DNA of 62,441 bases from a virus (lineage: Duplodnaviria; Caudoviricetes), in the IMG/VR virus record IMGVR_UViG_3300020579_000013, positions 1 through 62,441 of that record; one strand, given 5' to 3'. The translations under genes and the position numbers were made by a program. Shown here piece by piece: positions 42,665 to 52,945 of the stretch. The notes under the pieces are model-generated. The model worked only from the letters and a program-made list of their open reading frames with translations. It did no database searches and was not told where the DNA came from. Each line of letters begins with the position of its first letter. Within the stretch, counting starts at the first letter, position 1.

Positions 42665-43642
42665 ATGACTACTGTATATCCGGTTTCAGCCGCCCCTTGG
42701 GTTGGCCAAAACCCGAACCCGGCCTATAGCGGCATTTTTATTCCGCAAATTTGGTCGGGAAAGTTGGTTGAGAAGTTCTACGCGGCCACCGTGCTCGCGG
42801 CGATTTCGAACACCGACTATGAGGGCGAGATCAAGAATTTCGGCGATACGGTGAACATCCGTACCCGTCCGACGATCGTGATTTCCGACTACCAAGTCGA
42901 CCAAGATCTCTCGGTTCAGCGTCCGTCCAGCAACCTGGTCGTTCTGCAGATCAACAACGGCAAGTACTTCAACGTCGCCCTCGATGACGTGATGGAAGTG
43001 CAGTCGGACATCGATCTGATGAACATCTGGGCGCAGGATGCCGCAGAGCAGATGAAGATCGCCGTCGACACGTCAGTGTTGAGCTACCTCAGCACCACGA
43101 CCGACATCGCTTCCACCAACTACGGTTTGACCGCCGGTGCGATTACTGCGGCTCTGAACATGGGTACGACCGCGTCCCCCGTGACGATCTCCAGCAATCC
43201 GGCCACGTCCAACACCTACGTTCTGAACTTCATCACCCAGGCGGGGCAGGTTCTGGACGAAGCCAACATCCCGGAGTCGGGTCGTTGGATGGTGATTCCG
43301 TCGTGGATGGCATCGTTGATCAAGCAGTCCGACTTGCGGAATGCGTCGATCGCCGGTGACATGACTTCGATTCTCCGGAATGGCCGGTTGGGCGAAATCG
43401 ACCGCTTTACGCTGTACTACAGCAACTTGTTGCCGACTGGCGACACGAGCGGTACCGCGTACTCGGTGTTCTTCGGCGTGCCCGCGGCGCTGACGTTCGC
43501 TGCCCAGTTCACCAAGATGGAAACGATCCGCTCCGAGCGTTCGTTCTCCAACCTGGTTCGTGGTCTGCAGGTGTACGGCTTCAAGGTCGTCACTGCGGTC
43601 GCGATGGGTCGCGCGTGGTTGATCAATGGTCTGAACACGTAA
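42665..43642 (+). CDS. Major capsid protein
   Basis: FIPQIWSGKL, NTDYEGEI..GDTV.I, VRGLQVYG; followed by a hairpin. Confidence 0.92.
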   Translation: MTTVYPVSAAPWVGQNPNPAYSGIFIPQIWSGKLVEKFYAATVLAAISNTDYEGEIKNFGDTVNIRTRPTIVISDYQVDQDLSVQRPSSNLVVLQINNGKYFNVALDDVMEVQSDIDLMNIWAQDAAEQMKIAVDTSVLSYLSTTTDIASTNYGLTAGAITAALNMGTTASPVTISSNPATSNTYVLNFITQAGQVLDEANIPESGRWMVIPSWMASLIKQSDLRNASIAGDMTSILRNGRLGEIDRFTLYYSNLLPTGDTSGTAYSVFFGVPAALTFAAQFTKMETIRSERSFSNLVRGLQVYGFKVVTAVAMGRAWLINGLNT

Positions 43643-43656
43643 GAGTGATGTAATAA

Positions 43657-43686
43657 GCCCCCCGGTCCTCGCTTGGACCGGGGGCA
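43657..43686 (+). terminator. Hairpin after capsid gene
   Basis: GCCCCCGGTCC-type stem pairing with GGACCGGGGGC; weak U-tract. Confidence 0.55.
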
Positions 43687-43704
43687 ATCTAAGCGGAGAA
43701 TCAC

Positions 43705-44097
43705 GTGACGACGACTCTTACCTATCAGGCACTCCTGACTGAAGCACGAGAAATTCTCCAAGACGTAAACACCGATCCCACCCTCCAGCGGTATCCGGAT
43801 CAGACTCTCGTCAGTATTTTCAATCGTGGCCTGCAAGAGCTTTATCGCCTGCGGCCGGATGCCTTCTATGACTTCTGGGATCCTCCAGCATCGGACTTCG
43901 ACGTACCCATGATCGTGATCACGGCACAGACCGGCGGTGTCCTGTGGACGTCCGTATTCGAGCTACCAATGATGTTTTACGATCCGCTCGTGAATTGGGT
44001 CATCGGAACAGTTGAAGCCATCGATGATGAGTTCAGTGAGGATGCCCGCTCGACTGCCTTCCGGGCCTTCTTCAAACAGCAGGTGGTCGGCCTATGA
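43705..44097 (+). CDS. Head-tail adaptor protein
   Basis: EAR.ILQD..RY...N.G....RLRPDA. Confidence 0.7.
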   Translation: MTTTLTYQALLTEAREILQDVNTDPTLQRYPDQTLVSIFNRGLQELYRLRPDAFYDFWDPPASDFDVPMIVITAQTGGVLWTSVFELPMMFYDPLVNWVIGTVEAIDDEFSEDARSTAFRAFFKQQVVGL

Positions 44098-44804
44098 CAC
44101 AGAATGCACAAGTCGTCGCCTCCGGCGCCGAAGGCCAGGCAAATCTCAATTTGTGGCTCCAGGATATGGCGCCATGGGTCCCTGGTGCGCACCGTAGTGT
44201 ACTGAAGCGACAATTGATTCTCGCTGTGCGCGAATTCTTCGAGCAGTCCTGGGCGTGGCGCGCGGAGATCGGACCGATCCCCGTGGAGACCAATCAGTCC
44301 AGCTACATGCTTTCGCCATTTAACTCTACGACCGACGTGGTCGGCGTGATCTGGGCGACCGTCAACGGTGCGCCGCTGAACCCGCTCAGCGCGTCTCCGC
44401 CGCCTTCGCAGAATGGCCAGCCGTTCGCCGATACTCCGACGGGCTACTGGCTGCCGCGGCCGGACATCATCCAGCTCTACCCGATACCGAACATCACCAG
44501 CGTACCGCAGAACCTCACGGTGCTGTGCGCGCTGCGTCCGAAGATGAGCGTTACCCAGGTCCCCAAGATCTGCGTGACGGACTTCTACGAGGCCATCCTG
44601 AACGGTGCGCTCTATCGGATGCTGAACCAGCCCGCGAAGCCGTATTCGAACCCTACCCTGGCAGCCTATTTCGAGACGCGCTTCCGTAAAGACATCGGCG
44701 TCTATGCCGGAAAGGCCAAGAAAGGATTCGCTAACGGTGCGAGCTGGCGCTTCCCGTACTTCGGTAATGGCCGGCTCAATTACTGGGGCGGAGGTGTGCG
44801 ATGA
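44094..44804 (+). CDS. Tail adaptor / tubular protein A-like
   Basis: VPGA..AVREF, EAI..GAL.R...P.KPYSNP. Confidence 0.7.
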   Translation: MTQNAQVVASGAEGQANLNLWLQDMAPWVPGAHRSVLKRQLILAVREFFEQSWAWRAEIGPIPVETNQSSYMLSPFNSTTDVVGVIWATVNGAPLNPLSASPPPSQNGQPFADTPTGYWLPRPDIIQLYPIPNITSVPQNLTVLCALRPKMSVTQVPKICVTDFYEAILNGALYRMLNQPAKPYSNPTLAAYFETRFRKDIGVYAGKAKKGFANGASWRFPYFGNGRLNYWGGGVR

Positions 44805-45217
44805 GCTCTCGCTCGCAGATCTACCCGCTCGCGCGGCAGTTGTTCGTTAATGCCGGACTGGACTGGGCCACGTCCAACGTCAAGGCGCTTCTGCTCGCCG
44901 CGGCGTACACGCCGGACTTCACGCAGGGATATCTCTCGGGAATTCCTTCGGCGTTCATTCTGGCCACCTCCGGCAATATCGCCGGCAAGACCGGCGCCAA
45001 TGGTTTGCTGGACGGTAACACTACGAGCTTTGGCGTTGTCTCGAGTACGGCGAAGGCTGGTTACATCCTGCTATACAAAGATACCGGCGTCCCTTCGACG
45101 TCGCCACTGATCTTGTTTCTTGACAGCCCGGACATTTCCGGCATGCCGCAGATGCTCACCGGCCTGCAGTACTTCCTCTACAAGAACCTGACCTACGGCG
45201 GTTGGGCTAGGTTGTAG
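44801..45217 (+). CDS. Tail-associated structural protein
   Basis: LDW....VKALL, LYKDTG..STSPLI. Confidence 0.65.
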   Translation: MSSRSQIYPLARQLFVNAGLDWATSNVKALLLAAAYTPDFTQGYLSGIPSAFILATSGNIAGKTGANGLLDGNTTSFGVVSSTAKAGYILLYKDTGVPSTSPLILFLDSPDISGMPQMLTGLQYFLYKNLTYGGWARL

Positions 45218-45219
45218 CG

Positions 45220-46872
45220 ATGGCCTGCGATCCAAATTTTAGTCAGGTAAGTTTGCTGCTCCATTGTGATGGCACGAATGGTTCAACATCGTTTCCAGAT
45301 TCGTCGAGTGTCGGTAATGTGATGACGGCAGCCGGTACGGCAGCTGTGACCACCACAAACCCCGCTTTTGGAACTGGCTCCTTATTGGTGACCGGCAACA
45401 GCGTCAGCGGGAACGATATAAGTACGCCGATAACCACTAACGGTCCGCTCGATTTAGTGACAGCAACGGTAGACTTTACTATCGAGTTTTTGGTGTATCT
45501 GAACGACCCCACTCACCCTTACGCTAGTTTGATGGCCGCGGGATATTCATTTGGCAATGGATGGGTGCTGGATATAGAACCTAACGGGGCGAACATCACC
45601 CTGATAGCTCGTTTTGGCACCACATCGCTTTTTGCCAATGTACCAATTACAAATTTTCCTACGCAGGTATGGACCGCAGTTGCGTTTGTACGTCAAGGAA
45701 ATGTTTTCGGGTTGTGGATAGCCGGCACAGCGGAAAATTTTGTCACTTATACGGGAAGCATGGGGTCTCCTGGATCTACTCTACTAATAGGCGCCGGACC
45801 ATTAGTAAATGTCTCCGAGAACATTCAGTTCGATGAGATTAGAATTACTAAGGGATTCGCGCGATACACACCAGGAACTAGCTATAGCCAACAAACTGCA
45901 GCGTTTCCCGACGGTGCCTGCGCCGTAGTTCCTAATGTTGTTGGTGATGTGTTGGCAGTTGGTGAGGCCGCCATTATCGCCGCCGGGCTGACGGTTGGAA
46001 CCGTCACTCCGGGAACTAGCCTGACAGTTCCGTATGGCGACATTATTAGTCAGAACCCCGTTGGCGGCACCCAAGAAATTACTGGCTTTCCGGTCAATCT
46101 TGTTTGGTCGGTCGGGGATACCTTCACCGCCCCGGTTCTCTCCGGATCGATCCCAAATCCGACTACACAGCCCAATGTGGGCGTTCTCACGTGGACGCAG
46201 TCCCTTGCTGGTTCGATACCCGCAACTGGCTATGATATCTACCGTAATGGCGTATCGATCGCGACGGTGGGAGCAGTTCTCACTTACACGGATACGGTGC
46301 CATTGTTGGGCACATACACCTACAACGTGGCGGCTTACGACTCGACCATGCCGGGAGATGTTTCGCCGCTCTCCAATACGGTGCCGCTCAACTATGCGGG
46401 CCCGGTCTACGCCTTCATAAACACCGTTTTTGATGAAGCTATTTTTGGAGCCTACTTCGGCGGCCAGCTGAATCTGGTAGAGTTCACCTATATGCCGGGG
46501 CGCACGCCCTTCGTGGAAGGAGCGACTAACTTGATCATCAATCGATACAAACAGGAGCCGGGCGACGTTCGCGCCCGCGGAGTGGACTTTACCCAATTCG
46601 TCGTTCCTGGCGAATTATTGCAGGCGGTGTCTGTAGAGAGCATCAGTGCGCAGGGTGTTCCGCAGCAGTTGACGAATCCGCTCGTGACGCCGCTTGTCGT
46701 GAGTAATCTTGTGATTGATCCTGTTACGAATCTTATATTCGGGTATACCGTTTCCGGTGGCCAAAATGGCATCGAGTACACTATCCAATTTGAGACGACG
46801 ACCAACATTCAGACCACGATGCTCGAGGAAATCTTCTCGATCAACATCCTCGTCGAAGATAGTTTTCCTTAA
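45220..46872 (+). CDS. Tail fibre/adhesin with LamG-like, PASTA and FN3-like domains
   Basis: LLLHCDG..DFTIEF..DEIRITKG; VPNVVG..IISQNP; LTW..GYDIYRNG..YTDT. Confidence 0.75.
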   Translation: MACDPNFSQVSLLLHCDGTNGSTSFPDSSSVGNVMTAAGTAAVTTTNPAFGTGSLLVTGNSVSGNDISTPITTNGPLDLVTATVDFTIEFLVYLNDPTHPYASLMAAGYSFGNGWVLDIEPNGANITLIARFGTTSLFANVPITNFPTQVWTAVAFVRQGNVFGLWIAGTAENFVTYTGSMGSPGSTLLIGAGPLVNVSENIQFDEIRITKGFARYTPGTSYSQQTAAFPDGACAVVPNVVGDVLAVGEAAIIAAGLTVGTVTPGTSLTVPYGDIISQNPVGGTQEITGFPVNLVWSVGDTFTAPVLSGSIPNPTTQPNVGVLTWTQSLAGSIPATGYDIYRNGVSIATVGAVLTYTDTVPLLGTYTYNVAAYDSTMPGDVSPLSNTVPLNYAGPVYAFINTVFDEAIFGAYFGGQLNLVEFTYMPGRTPFVEGATNLIINRYKQEPGDVRARGVDFTQFVVPGELLQAVSVESISAQGVPQQLTNPLVTPLVVSNLVIDPVTNLIFGYTVSGGQNGIEYTIQFETTTNIQTTMLEEIFSINILVEDSFP

Positions 46873-46882
46873 GGAGTAGCCA

Positions 46883-47929
46883 GTGGGCAACAGACAGTTT
46901 ACAAATGAAGCCAGTGCGATTCTTGCCGGCACAATCACTGGTGCGTCGACAACCATCGCAGTTGCGACCGGTTTTGGCGCGCTGTTTCCTAGCCCGACCG
47001 GCACGCAATTTTTCATAGTTGCCATTCAAGATACGCTCGGAAACTACGAGTACGTCGCGATCACGGGAGTATCTGGCGATAACCTGACGGTTGCGCCGGT
47101 CTCGACACAGTTCCCCGCTGGTGGGCGCGCGCAAGAGGGCACCACTGCACAGTCTTTCACGGCCAACCTGGCTCGTGTTGAACTTCGCGCTACGGCCGGA
47201 TTATTCGCTGACCTGTACCAGAAAGACGGCGACACACTGACCGGCCCCATGAATATGGGCAACCAATCAATCACCAACGGCGTCCTCGGCACCGGCATCT
47301 CCATAGAGTCCGCCACCGAGATCGTCAATACGCCGCTCCGCGGTAAGACCGGCAGCACCGCCAACCAGATCACTGTCCCGACCGATGGCGTCTCGCGCGC
47401 GCAGGCGGGCGGCCTGAATATCATGGTTCAGGGCGATCCGACCAATGCATTTACTCCCGGCATGGTGTTGATGTTCAACGGTCCGCCATCGAATCTTCCT
47501 TTTGGCTGGCATGTGTGTGACGGCACCAATGGCACTCTCGATCTTCGTGACCACTTCATCGTGGGCGCCGGCCTTACGTACCCGCTCGACGCGAACGGCA
47601 ACATCACTGATACAACCAGCATCGAGTCGCCGACGCTTACTCCGGCGATCAATCCCGTGACGCTGTCTGTTGCGAATTTGGCAGTCCATGCGCATCCGTT
47701 CGACTATTTTGTTGGTAATAGCTTCTCGATCGTCAATCCGGGCGGCGGCGCTGGTGCGGCCTATTTCTCGCAGCAGGCGGGAGCCGGTACGCGCATAAGT
47801 TATGCGGGCAGCAACGCAGGTAGCGGGACTCCGTTTACGCCGACGGCGGCGCAACTGCCGGATCACACACATACTTACGCGCTCGGGCCGTTTTATGCGC
47901 TCTACTTTGCGATGTACACAGGCTCCTAA
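46883..47929 (+). CDS. Tail fibre protein with collar-like domain
   Basis: F.N.AS..LA..I; P.GW..CDGTNGT.DLRD.FIVGAG. Confidence 0.75.
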   Translation: MGNRQFTNEASAILAGTITGASTTIAVATGFGALFPSPTGTQFFIVAIQDTLGNYEYVAITGVSGDNLTVAPVSTQFPAGGRAQEGTTAQSFTANLARVELRATAGLFADLYQKDGDTLTGPMNMGNQSITNGVLGTGISIESATEIVNTPLRGKTGSTANQITVPTDGVSRAQAGGLNIMVQGDPTNAFTPGMVLMFNGPPSNLPFGWHVCDGTNGTLDLRDHFIVGAGLTYPLDANGNITDTTSIESPTLTPAINPVTLSVANLAVHAHPFDYFVGNSFSIVNPGGGAGAAYFSQQAGAGTRISYAGSNAGSGTPFTPTAAQLPDHTHTYALGPFYALYFAMYTGS

Positions 47930-49818
47930 TGACCGCGTTTAAACTGGAAAATTTCGGCGGTATTCGGCCTCGCATCTCGGCACGCTTGCTGCCGGTCAAT
48001 GCGGCCGTTACCGCGGAAAACACCAAGCTTCTGGAAGGAGAATTGCGTGGGTACCATAAGCCGACTATCCTTAAGGATCTTAGTAGTTTCGGTTTTACCG
48101 TTGGCCGCGCTTACCGCATTCCAGCTAGCGTCACGGGTACCGTCGACGTCTGGCTTGCCTTCCAGTCCCCCAACACAGACATCATCCGATCCCCCGTCCT
48201 CGGAGACGTCTACAACCGATACTACTGGTTCGGAAACAACGCCGCACCCATGTATAACACCCTCGCACGCATCGTTGCCGGGAACACAGGTGCGAACGCG
48301 CCTTGGTTGCTTGGAGTACCTCAACCCGCAGCGGCTCTGACGGTAGGGCAGACTGGCGGCAGTGGCGTTACCGAAACACGTTCCTACGTCTATACTTTCG
48401 TCACCGCCTACGGTGAGGAAGGCCCGCCATCGAATCCGACAACCTTTACAGGCTACGTAAATTCCACGAGCTGGAATTTGAGCGGTGGTTCGACCACGTG
48501 GACCGGTGGCAGTCAGGTCGATGTGGCGTTCGTCAATATTTACCGGACTGTCCCGAATCAATCGAACCCTGCATTCTTCTTTGTCGCGCAAATTGCCATC
48601 GCTACATGGATCAGCGGCAGCGGTTCATATACCGACACGATTTCTGATACGACTGTCGCGCAGAACAACACTCTTAATTTCGTGGACAATTTTCCGCCGC
48701 CGTCCACCATGCAGGGCGCCGCTCTCATGCCCGGTGGATTCTTGATCGGCTTTCAGGGCCGCAATCTGCTCTTCACTGAGCCATATCTTCCGCACGCGTG
48801 GAACCCAACTTACAACCTCGCCACCGAATTTGAAATCGTAGGAATTGTCGTATGGTCACAGACAGCGATTATATGTACGACATCGAACTTGTACCTGGGG
48901 TCTGGTTCGACCCCGGCTGCATTCACGCTACAGAAGCTGGACGGCGTTACTCCATGTTTGAGTCGGAGGGGTATTGTCTCTACTGTCAGTGGTGCCTATT
49001 TCCCGACTGTGGACGGCCTGGCGATGTTCAATGTGAATGGGTTGAACACTATTACGCAGCCGATCCTGACGAAGGAAGAGTGGGCTACTTTCAGTCCCAC
49101 CACGCTCATTGCCGCGCAGTTGGGGCTGCAGTATTTGGCATGGGGTTCGACGACGAACGGGATGCAGATCAATCCGACGGAAAGTAGCGCGGAGATGGCG
49201 ACCATCACTGCGTTTGCGCAGGTTACCGCGGTGGAGACGGACCGGTACACCGGAAATCCCTATATCGTCATCAACAATGTCGCATTCGACTGGGACCCCA
49301 ACGGCGCAGAGCGGCTCTACTGGCACTGGCTTTCCAAGCAGGCGCAACTACCGAAATATCTGAATTTCGGTGCATTTAAAATCAAGGCTGACTTCGGCTC
49401 GGCGAACGTGACCAGTAACGTCACTGCTGTGTATGGTCCGTACGATCTTGCGCGCAACATCACTGATCCGGGTACCGTCCGTGCGGGCCAACTCAACGCG
49501 ATCGGTGCGAACGTCATCGGCGGAATTTCGCCGTACAACCTCGGCCTCGTACCCGGCAACACGCTCCCCGAAAATCGACTACCGCTCGGCGGCGGCCCGC
49601 TGTATCCGCTGTTTCAGCTGAACAACCAGGCGCTTTCTATCCGGATGCGCACCTACTGCAACGGCCTCCTGGTCAACGACCAGAATGTGACGAACGACAG
49701 AATTCATCGTCTGCCGTCCGGTTTCAAGCACGATCTTTGGCAGTTTGAGTTCTTCGGCAATACCAACATGTACAACGTGATGGTGGCGGAGACAGGCAAA
49801 GAACTCGCGGAAGTGTGA
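47929..49818 (+). CDS. Tail tubular protein B / nozzle
   Basis: FGGI.PR...RLLP, YVYTFV..GEEGPPS, FTEPYLPHAW. Confidence 0.8.
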   Translation: MTAFKLENFGGIRPRISARLLPVNAAVTAENTKLLEGELRGYHKPTILKDLSSFGFTVGRAYRIPASVTGTVDVWLAFQSPNTDIIRSPVLGDVYNRYYWFGNNAAPMYNTLARIVAGNTGANAPWLLGVPQPAAALTVGQTGGSGVTETRSYVYTFVTAYGEEGPPSNPTTFTGYVNSTSWNLSGGSTTWTGGSQVDVAFVNIYRTVPNQSNPAFFFVAQIAIATWISGSGSYTDTISDTTVAQNNTLNFVDNFPPPSTMQGAALMPGGFLIGFQGRNLLFTEPYLPHAWNPTYNLATEFEIVGIVVWSQTAIICTTSNLYLGSGSTPAAFTLQKLDGVTPCLSRRGIVSTVSGAYFPTVDGLAMFNVNGLNTITQPILTKEEWATFSPTTLIAAQLGLQYLAWGSTTNGMQINPTESSAEMATITAFAQVTAVETDRYTGNPYIVINNVAFDWDPNGAERLYWHWLSKQAQLPKYLNFGAFKIKADFGSANVTSNVTAVYGPYDLARNITDPGTVRAGQLNAIGANVIGGISPYNLGLVPGNTLPENRLPLGGGPLYPLFQLNNQALSIRMRTYCNGLLVNDQNVTNDRIHRLPSGFKHDLWQFEFFGNTNMYNVMVAETGKELAEV

Positions 49819-51122
49819 TGGGTACAATTACTCTCGCCGGTTCGCGCGGCTATCAAGATATCGGAACCATAGGACAGACCGTCCCGCAGCTTGCGGAGAA
49901 CGTGCTATCTATAAATGCGATTCTGGACGTCGGCTTGCGCAACACGCGTGACTATCAGCACGGCTGGATCCGCGTTTCTGATTTGATCGGTCTTGGCCTT
50001 GCGACACTCATCAATGGTGATCAACTGACAGCCACTGTTTCTAGCGGAAGTGGCACCGTCAGCGTATCGGACTCTATTACCGGCACCGGCGCTTCGGCCA
50101 CACCGTTGTTGCTGCAGGGAGATGCTTCGGCACCAGGCAATTCGTTTTATTACGGAACAAATGGAAGCGGCACAAAAGGCTGGTATGCACTGCCTACCAG
50201 TGGTGGCACCGTAACATCAGTCGGTTTTGCAGATGCATCGACCACATCGATCTACACGATCACCGGTTCGCCAGTCACTACTTCGGGCACCCTGACACAG
50301 ACCCTCACCACTCAGACCGCCAACAAAGTATTCGCCGGGCCTGCCAGCGGCGGCGCGGCCCAGCCGACTTTTCGCGCGCTTGTTGCTGCGGATATTCCCG
50401 CTTCGTCTCCCGCCGTACCGGGCACGATCCCTGACCTCGTGATGTGGTGGGCTGCGGACAATATTCTTGCGGCCAGTGGCACAGAGATATATCGACTGCA
50501 GGATAGAACGCCGTGGGGTGGAGGCAGCGCTTACGCCACCGGTCTGAGTGGAGGGCAGCCGACAACAATGTCAGCATCTACATTAAATGGGCTACCAACT
50601 TTGATATTTGGCAGTACACCTCCAATAGGCGGCTTTTCTAGTACTGTCACAGCAGCAAATGGCGGATTTACTACCAAAAAAGGATTTACAGCGTTCTACG
50701 TGATAAATCCGGCTTTGAATGGAAGCCAAGCGCTTTTTGGATGCAGTGCTAGCGGCGGCGTGTCACTTTATGTGACCTCAGGTTCTAACAACAAGATGAC
50801 TCTCGTATCAACAGCCATCGCTGTGGCGGGCACCGAGACCACGGCATGGAGTGGAGGCGCATTCTTTCAAGGCAACGCTACTTACAATATCAGCACCGGA
50901 GCGTTTGCCTTTCGCCGTGCACAAGCCGCTAATGGTAGCGGCGGCACTGGGGTAACAAGTACTGGCGCGAGCACAACTAATTGGCTAGGCAGCGACACGA
51001 GCGCGACCACAAGCCCCCTTGGTTCCTGTGGATTGGCCGAACTGATCATTTATGACCGTGTTCTCACGGGTACTGAAATCACCAACGTCGAAAATTATTT
51101 GCATGTAAAGTGGGGCGTATGA
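49815..51122 (+). CDS. Tail fibre with C-terminal lectin-like domain
   Basis: Gly/Thr/Ser-rich; PTFRALV.ADIP; ELIIYDR.L...VENYL..KW. Confidence 0.7.
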   Translation: MMGTITLAGSRGYQDIGTIGQTVPQLAENVLSINAILDVGLRNTRDYQHGWIRVSDLIGLGLATLINGDQLTATVSSGSGTVSVSDSITGTGASATPLLLQGDASAPGNSFYYGTNGSGTKGWYALPTSGGTVTSVGFADASTTSIYTITGSPVTTSGTLTQTLTTQTANKVFAGPASGGAAQPTFRALVAADIPASSPAVPGTIPDLVMWWAADNILAASGTEIYRLQDRTPWGGGSAYATGLSGGQPTTMSASTLNGLPTLIFGSTPPIGGFSSTVTAANGGFTTKKGFTAFYVINPALNGSQALFGCSASGGVSLYVTSGSNNKMTLVSTAIAVAGTETTAWSGGAFFQGNATYNISTGAFAFRRAQAANGSGGTGVTSTGASTTNWLGSDTSATTSPLGSCGLAELIIYDRVLTGTEITNVENYLHVKWGV

Positions 51123-51583
51123 CCGATCTCGATAAAGCAGTTTCTGACACCGCCGGTTTTGAGGGCTACAAAGCCGCCCCCTACAAGGACACCCAGGGCC
51201 GATGGACCGTCGGCGAGGGTACCTGCCTGGAGACAAACCCGATCGCAGCGTCCGACTGGAAGTACCTACTCGACAACAGTTTCATCACTGTCTCGCTCTC
51301 GGGCGCCGGCGCGCGCTGGCTCTTGCGGGCCAAATTGGCTGCCGATCTGCGCGGCCTGAGCGTTCGATTTCCGAACTTTGCATCCTTGCCCGATTTGGTC
51401 CAGACTCTCCTTCTGGAGATGTCTTACCAGCTCGGCGACTTGCAGCAATTCACGACTTTTGACACACTAGTGGCACAACTTCGGTTTAAGGAAGCCGCGG
51501 CGGACGCCAGGACGACGAAATGGTATTCGCAGACCCCAAACCGGGCAGAGACGATTCTGAAGCAGCTTGAATCTGTTACTTAG
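51119..51583 (+). CDS. Endolysin, T4-type lysozyme (GH24)
   Basis: E-x8-D-x5-T triad in FEGYKAAPYKDTQGRWT; W..QTPNRA. Confidence 0.9.
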   Translation: MTDLDKAVSDTAGFEGYKAAPYKDTQGRWTVGEGTCLETNPIAASDWKYLLDNSFITVSLSGAGARWLLRAKLAADLRGLSVRFPNFASLPDLVQTLLLEMSYQLGDLQQFTTFDTLVAQLRFKEAAADARTTKWYSQTPNRAETILKQLESVT

Positions 51584-51592
51584 GAGACTTGA

Positions 51593-51808
51593 ATGTCACA
51601 AAATCTGAACGCTAACGGCACGAACAACTACTCACTCGATAGCTACATCGCTGCATGCGTGAAAGCCGGCACTACGTCTGGCTTCAACTACCCGGACGCG
51701 TCTGTTTGTCAGTACGTGAAGGCTGCGATCGTTGCTGGCACCTACAAGGTTCCCGGCGCCCCGTCTCTCGAAACTGCTGAGGCAGTACACGCCACAATCG
51801 GTGCGTAG
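51593..51808 (+). CDS. Hypothetical protein
   Basis: AGGAG RBS. Confidence 0.65.
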   Translation: MSQNLNANGTNNYSLDSYIAACVKAGTTSGFNYPDASVCQYVKAAIVAGTYKVPGAPSLETAEAVHATIGA

Positions 51809-52027
51809 ATGGGTGAGGTTGAGGTCCGCGACTGGTTTGTAATGGTGCTCCTGGCGGCCGCCACGGTGGCCTCTGGGGTCTACCTTTTCAGGCACGCATC
51901 GGACATCAATTTCGGTGCCTGGCTTACTTTTCTCGGGTCCATGGGCGGCATCTACCACTGGCTCGTCCTCATAGATTCAAAGCGGCCCGACGCGGATCGC
52001 AAGAGAGATCAAGATGGGCATCCTTAG
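51809..52027 (+). CDS. Probable holin
   Basis: Two TM segments, charged tail, within lysis cassette. Confidence 0.65.
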   Translation: MGEVEVRDWFVMVLLAAATVASGVYLFRHASDINFGAWLTFLGSMGGIYHWLVLIDSKRPDADRKRDQDGHP

Positions 52028-52466
52028 CGGATTCACGATAAAAGACGCGCTTTACGGCGCGGTTATCCTCGCCCTGGGAATTTTCCTGTGGCACTACCAC
52101 ACTCTACAGAATGAAGTTGATACGGCCAAAGTAGTCGCAGCGAGCGAGAAACAAGTCGTACAAGTCGATCAATCGGCTGCAAAAGCCACGGAGACTCGCA
52201 ATGCGGACGTTGTCAAACAAGCTGTTTCTGCTCCCCCTGTCGCTAATCTTGGCGTCGTGTGCAAGCGCGCCGGTGGTGGTCAAGTGCCCGCGGCCAACCC
52301 CGTCGCAGCAGCCCCAACTCGAGAACAACCCGCCGACGGTCCAGTCGGACCAGCGTTTGATCCTTCAGGGGCCCTCCTCACCCGTGCCGCCCTCGCCGAC
52401 GCCCAAATAAGCTATCTGCAGGCGCGCATACACGAGCTCGAGACCGAGATGAACAACGCGCCATGA
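52014..52466 (+). CDS. i-spanin (Rz-like)
   Basis: N-terminal TM and periplasmic coiled coil ending ADAQI..LQ. Confidence 0.8.
   Translation: MGILSGFTIKDALYGAVILALGIFLWHYHTLQNEVDTAKVVAASEKQVVQVDQSAAKATETRNADVVKQAVSAPPVANLGVVCKRAGGGQVPAANPVAAAPTREQPADGPVGPAFDPSGALLTRAALADAQISYLQARIHELETEMNNAP
52201..52410 (+). CDS. o-spanin (Rz1-like) embedded in Rz
   Basis: Lipobox LASC, Pro-rich, +1 frame inside Rz. Confidence 0.8.
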   Translation: MRTLSNKLFLLPLSLILASCASAPVVVKCPRPTPSQQPQLENNPPTVQSDQRLILQGPSSPVPPSPTPK

Positions 52467-52945
52467 TTGCAATCCCTTTCAAGAATTTCTTGATCGAGAG
52501 AATTCCGATCTGGGAGAGCAAAGACGAGATCAAGCCTCTCCACGAGGCACACTACGCCGAGACTGAGACCAGGTACAAAAAGCACACGGTGGCTGTCAAT
52601 TATGCCCACATGGGCAAGTGCGACGACGAAGGGACGATGCGCTGTTTCGGGGCCCGGCTAGTTGATTCCGAGAGGCTTGTGGCATATTTGTTTGTGTACA
52701 TCAATCACAGCGCCCATGACTCGAGCTTGTGCGCTGTGGAAGATGCATATTACGTACTGCCGGAATACCGTGGATCGGGATTGGCTCGTCGACTCTTACA
52801 GTACTCTGAAAAACGCCTCAAAGAGATGGGCGCTGATTATTTCTTTATGAGTAGTAAAGCTCCTGTCGGAGGGCCGAACATCGGAATGTTCCTTGAGACG
52901 GAAGGCTTTAAAGCTACGGCTGTCGTGTATTCGAAGGCTCTCTGA
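52463..52945 (+). CDS. GNAT acetyltransferase-like protein
   Basis: YVLPEYRGSGLARRLL, LKEMGA, GF; precedes ejection genes. Confidence 0.85.
   Translation: MIAIPFKNFLIERIPIWESKDEIKPLHEAHYAETETRYKKHTVAVNYAHMGKCDDEGTMRCFGARLVDSERLVAYLFVYINHSAHDSSLCAVEDAYYVLPEYRGSGLARRLLQYSEKRLKEMGADYFFMSSKAPVGGPNIGMFLETEGFKATAVVYSKAL

Noticed and set aside
45220-51122. Diversity-generating retroelement acting on tail fibres
   Set aside because: No reverse transcriptase, and no template/variable repeat pair was noticed.
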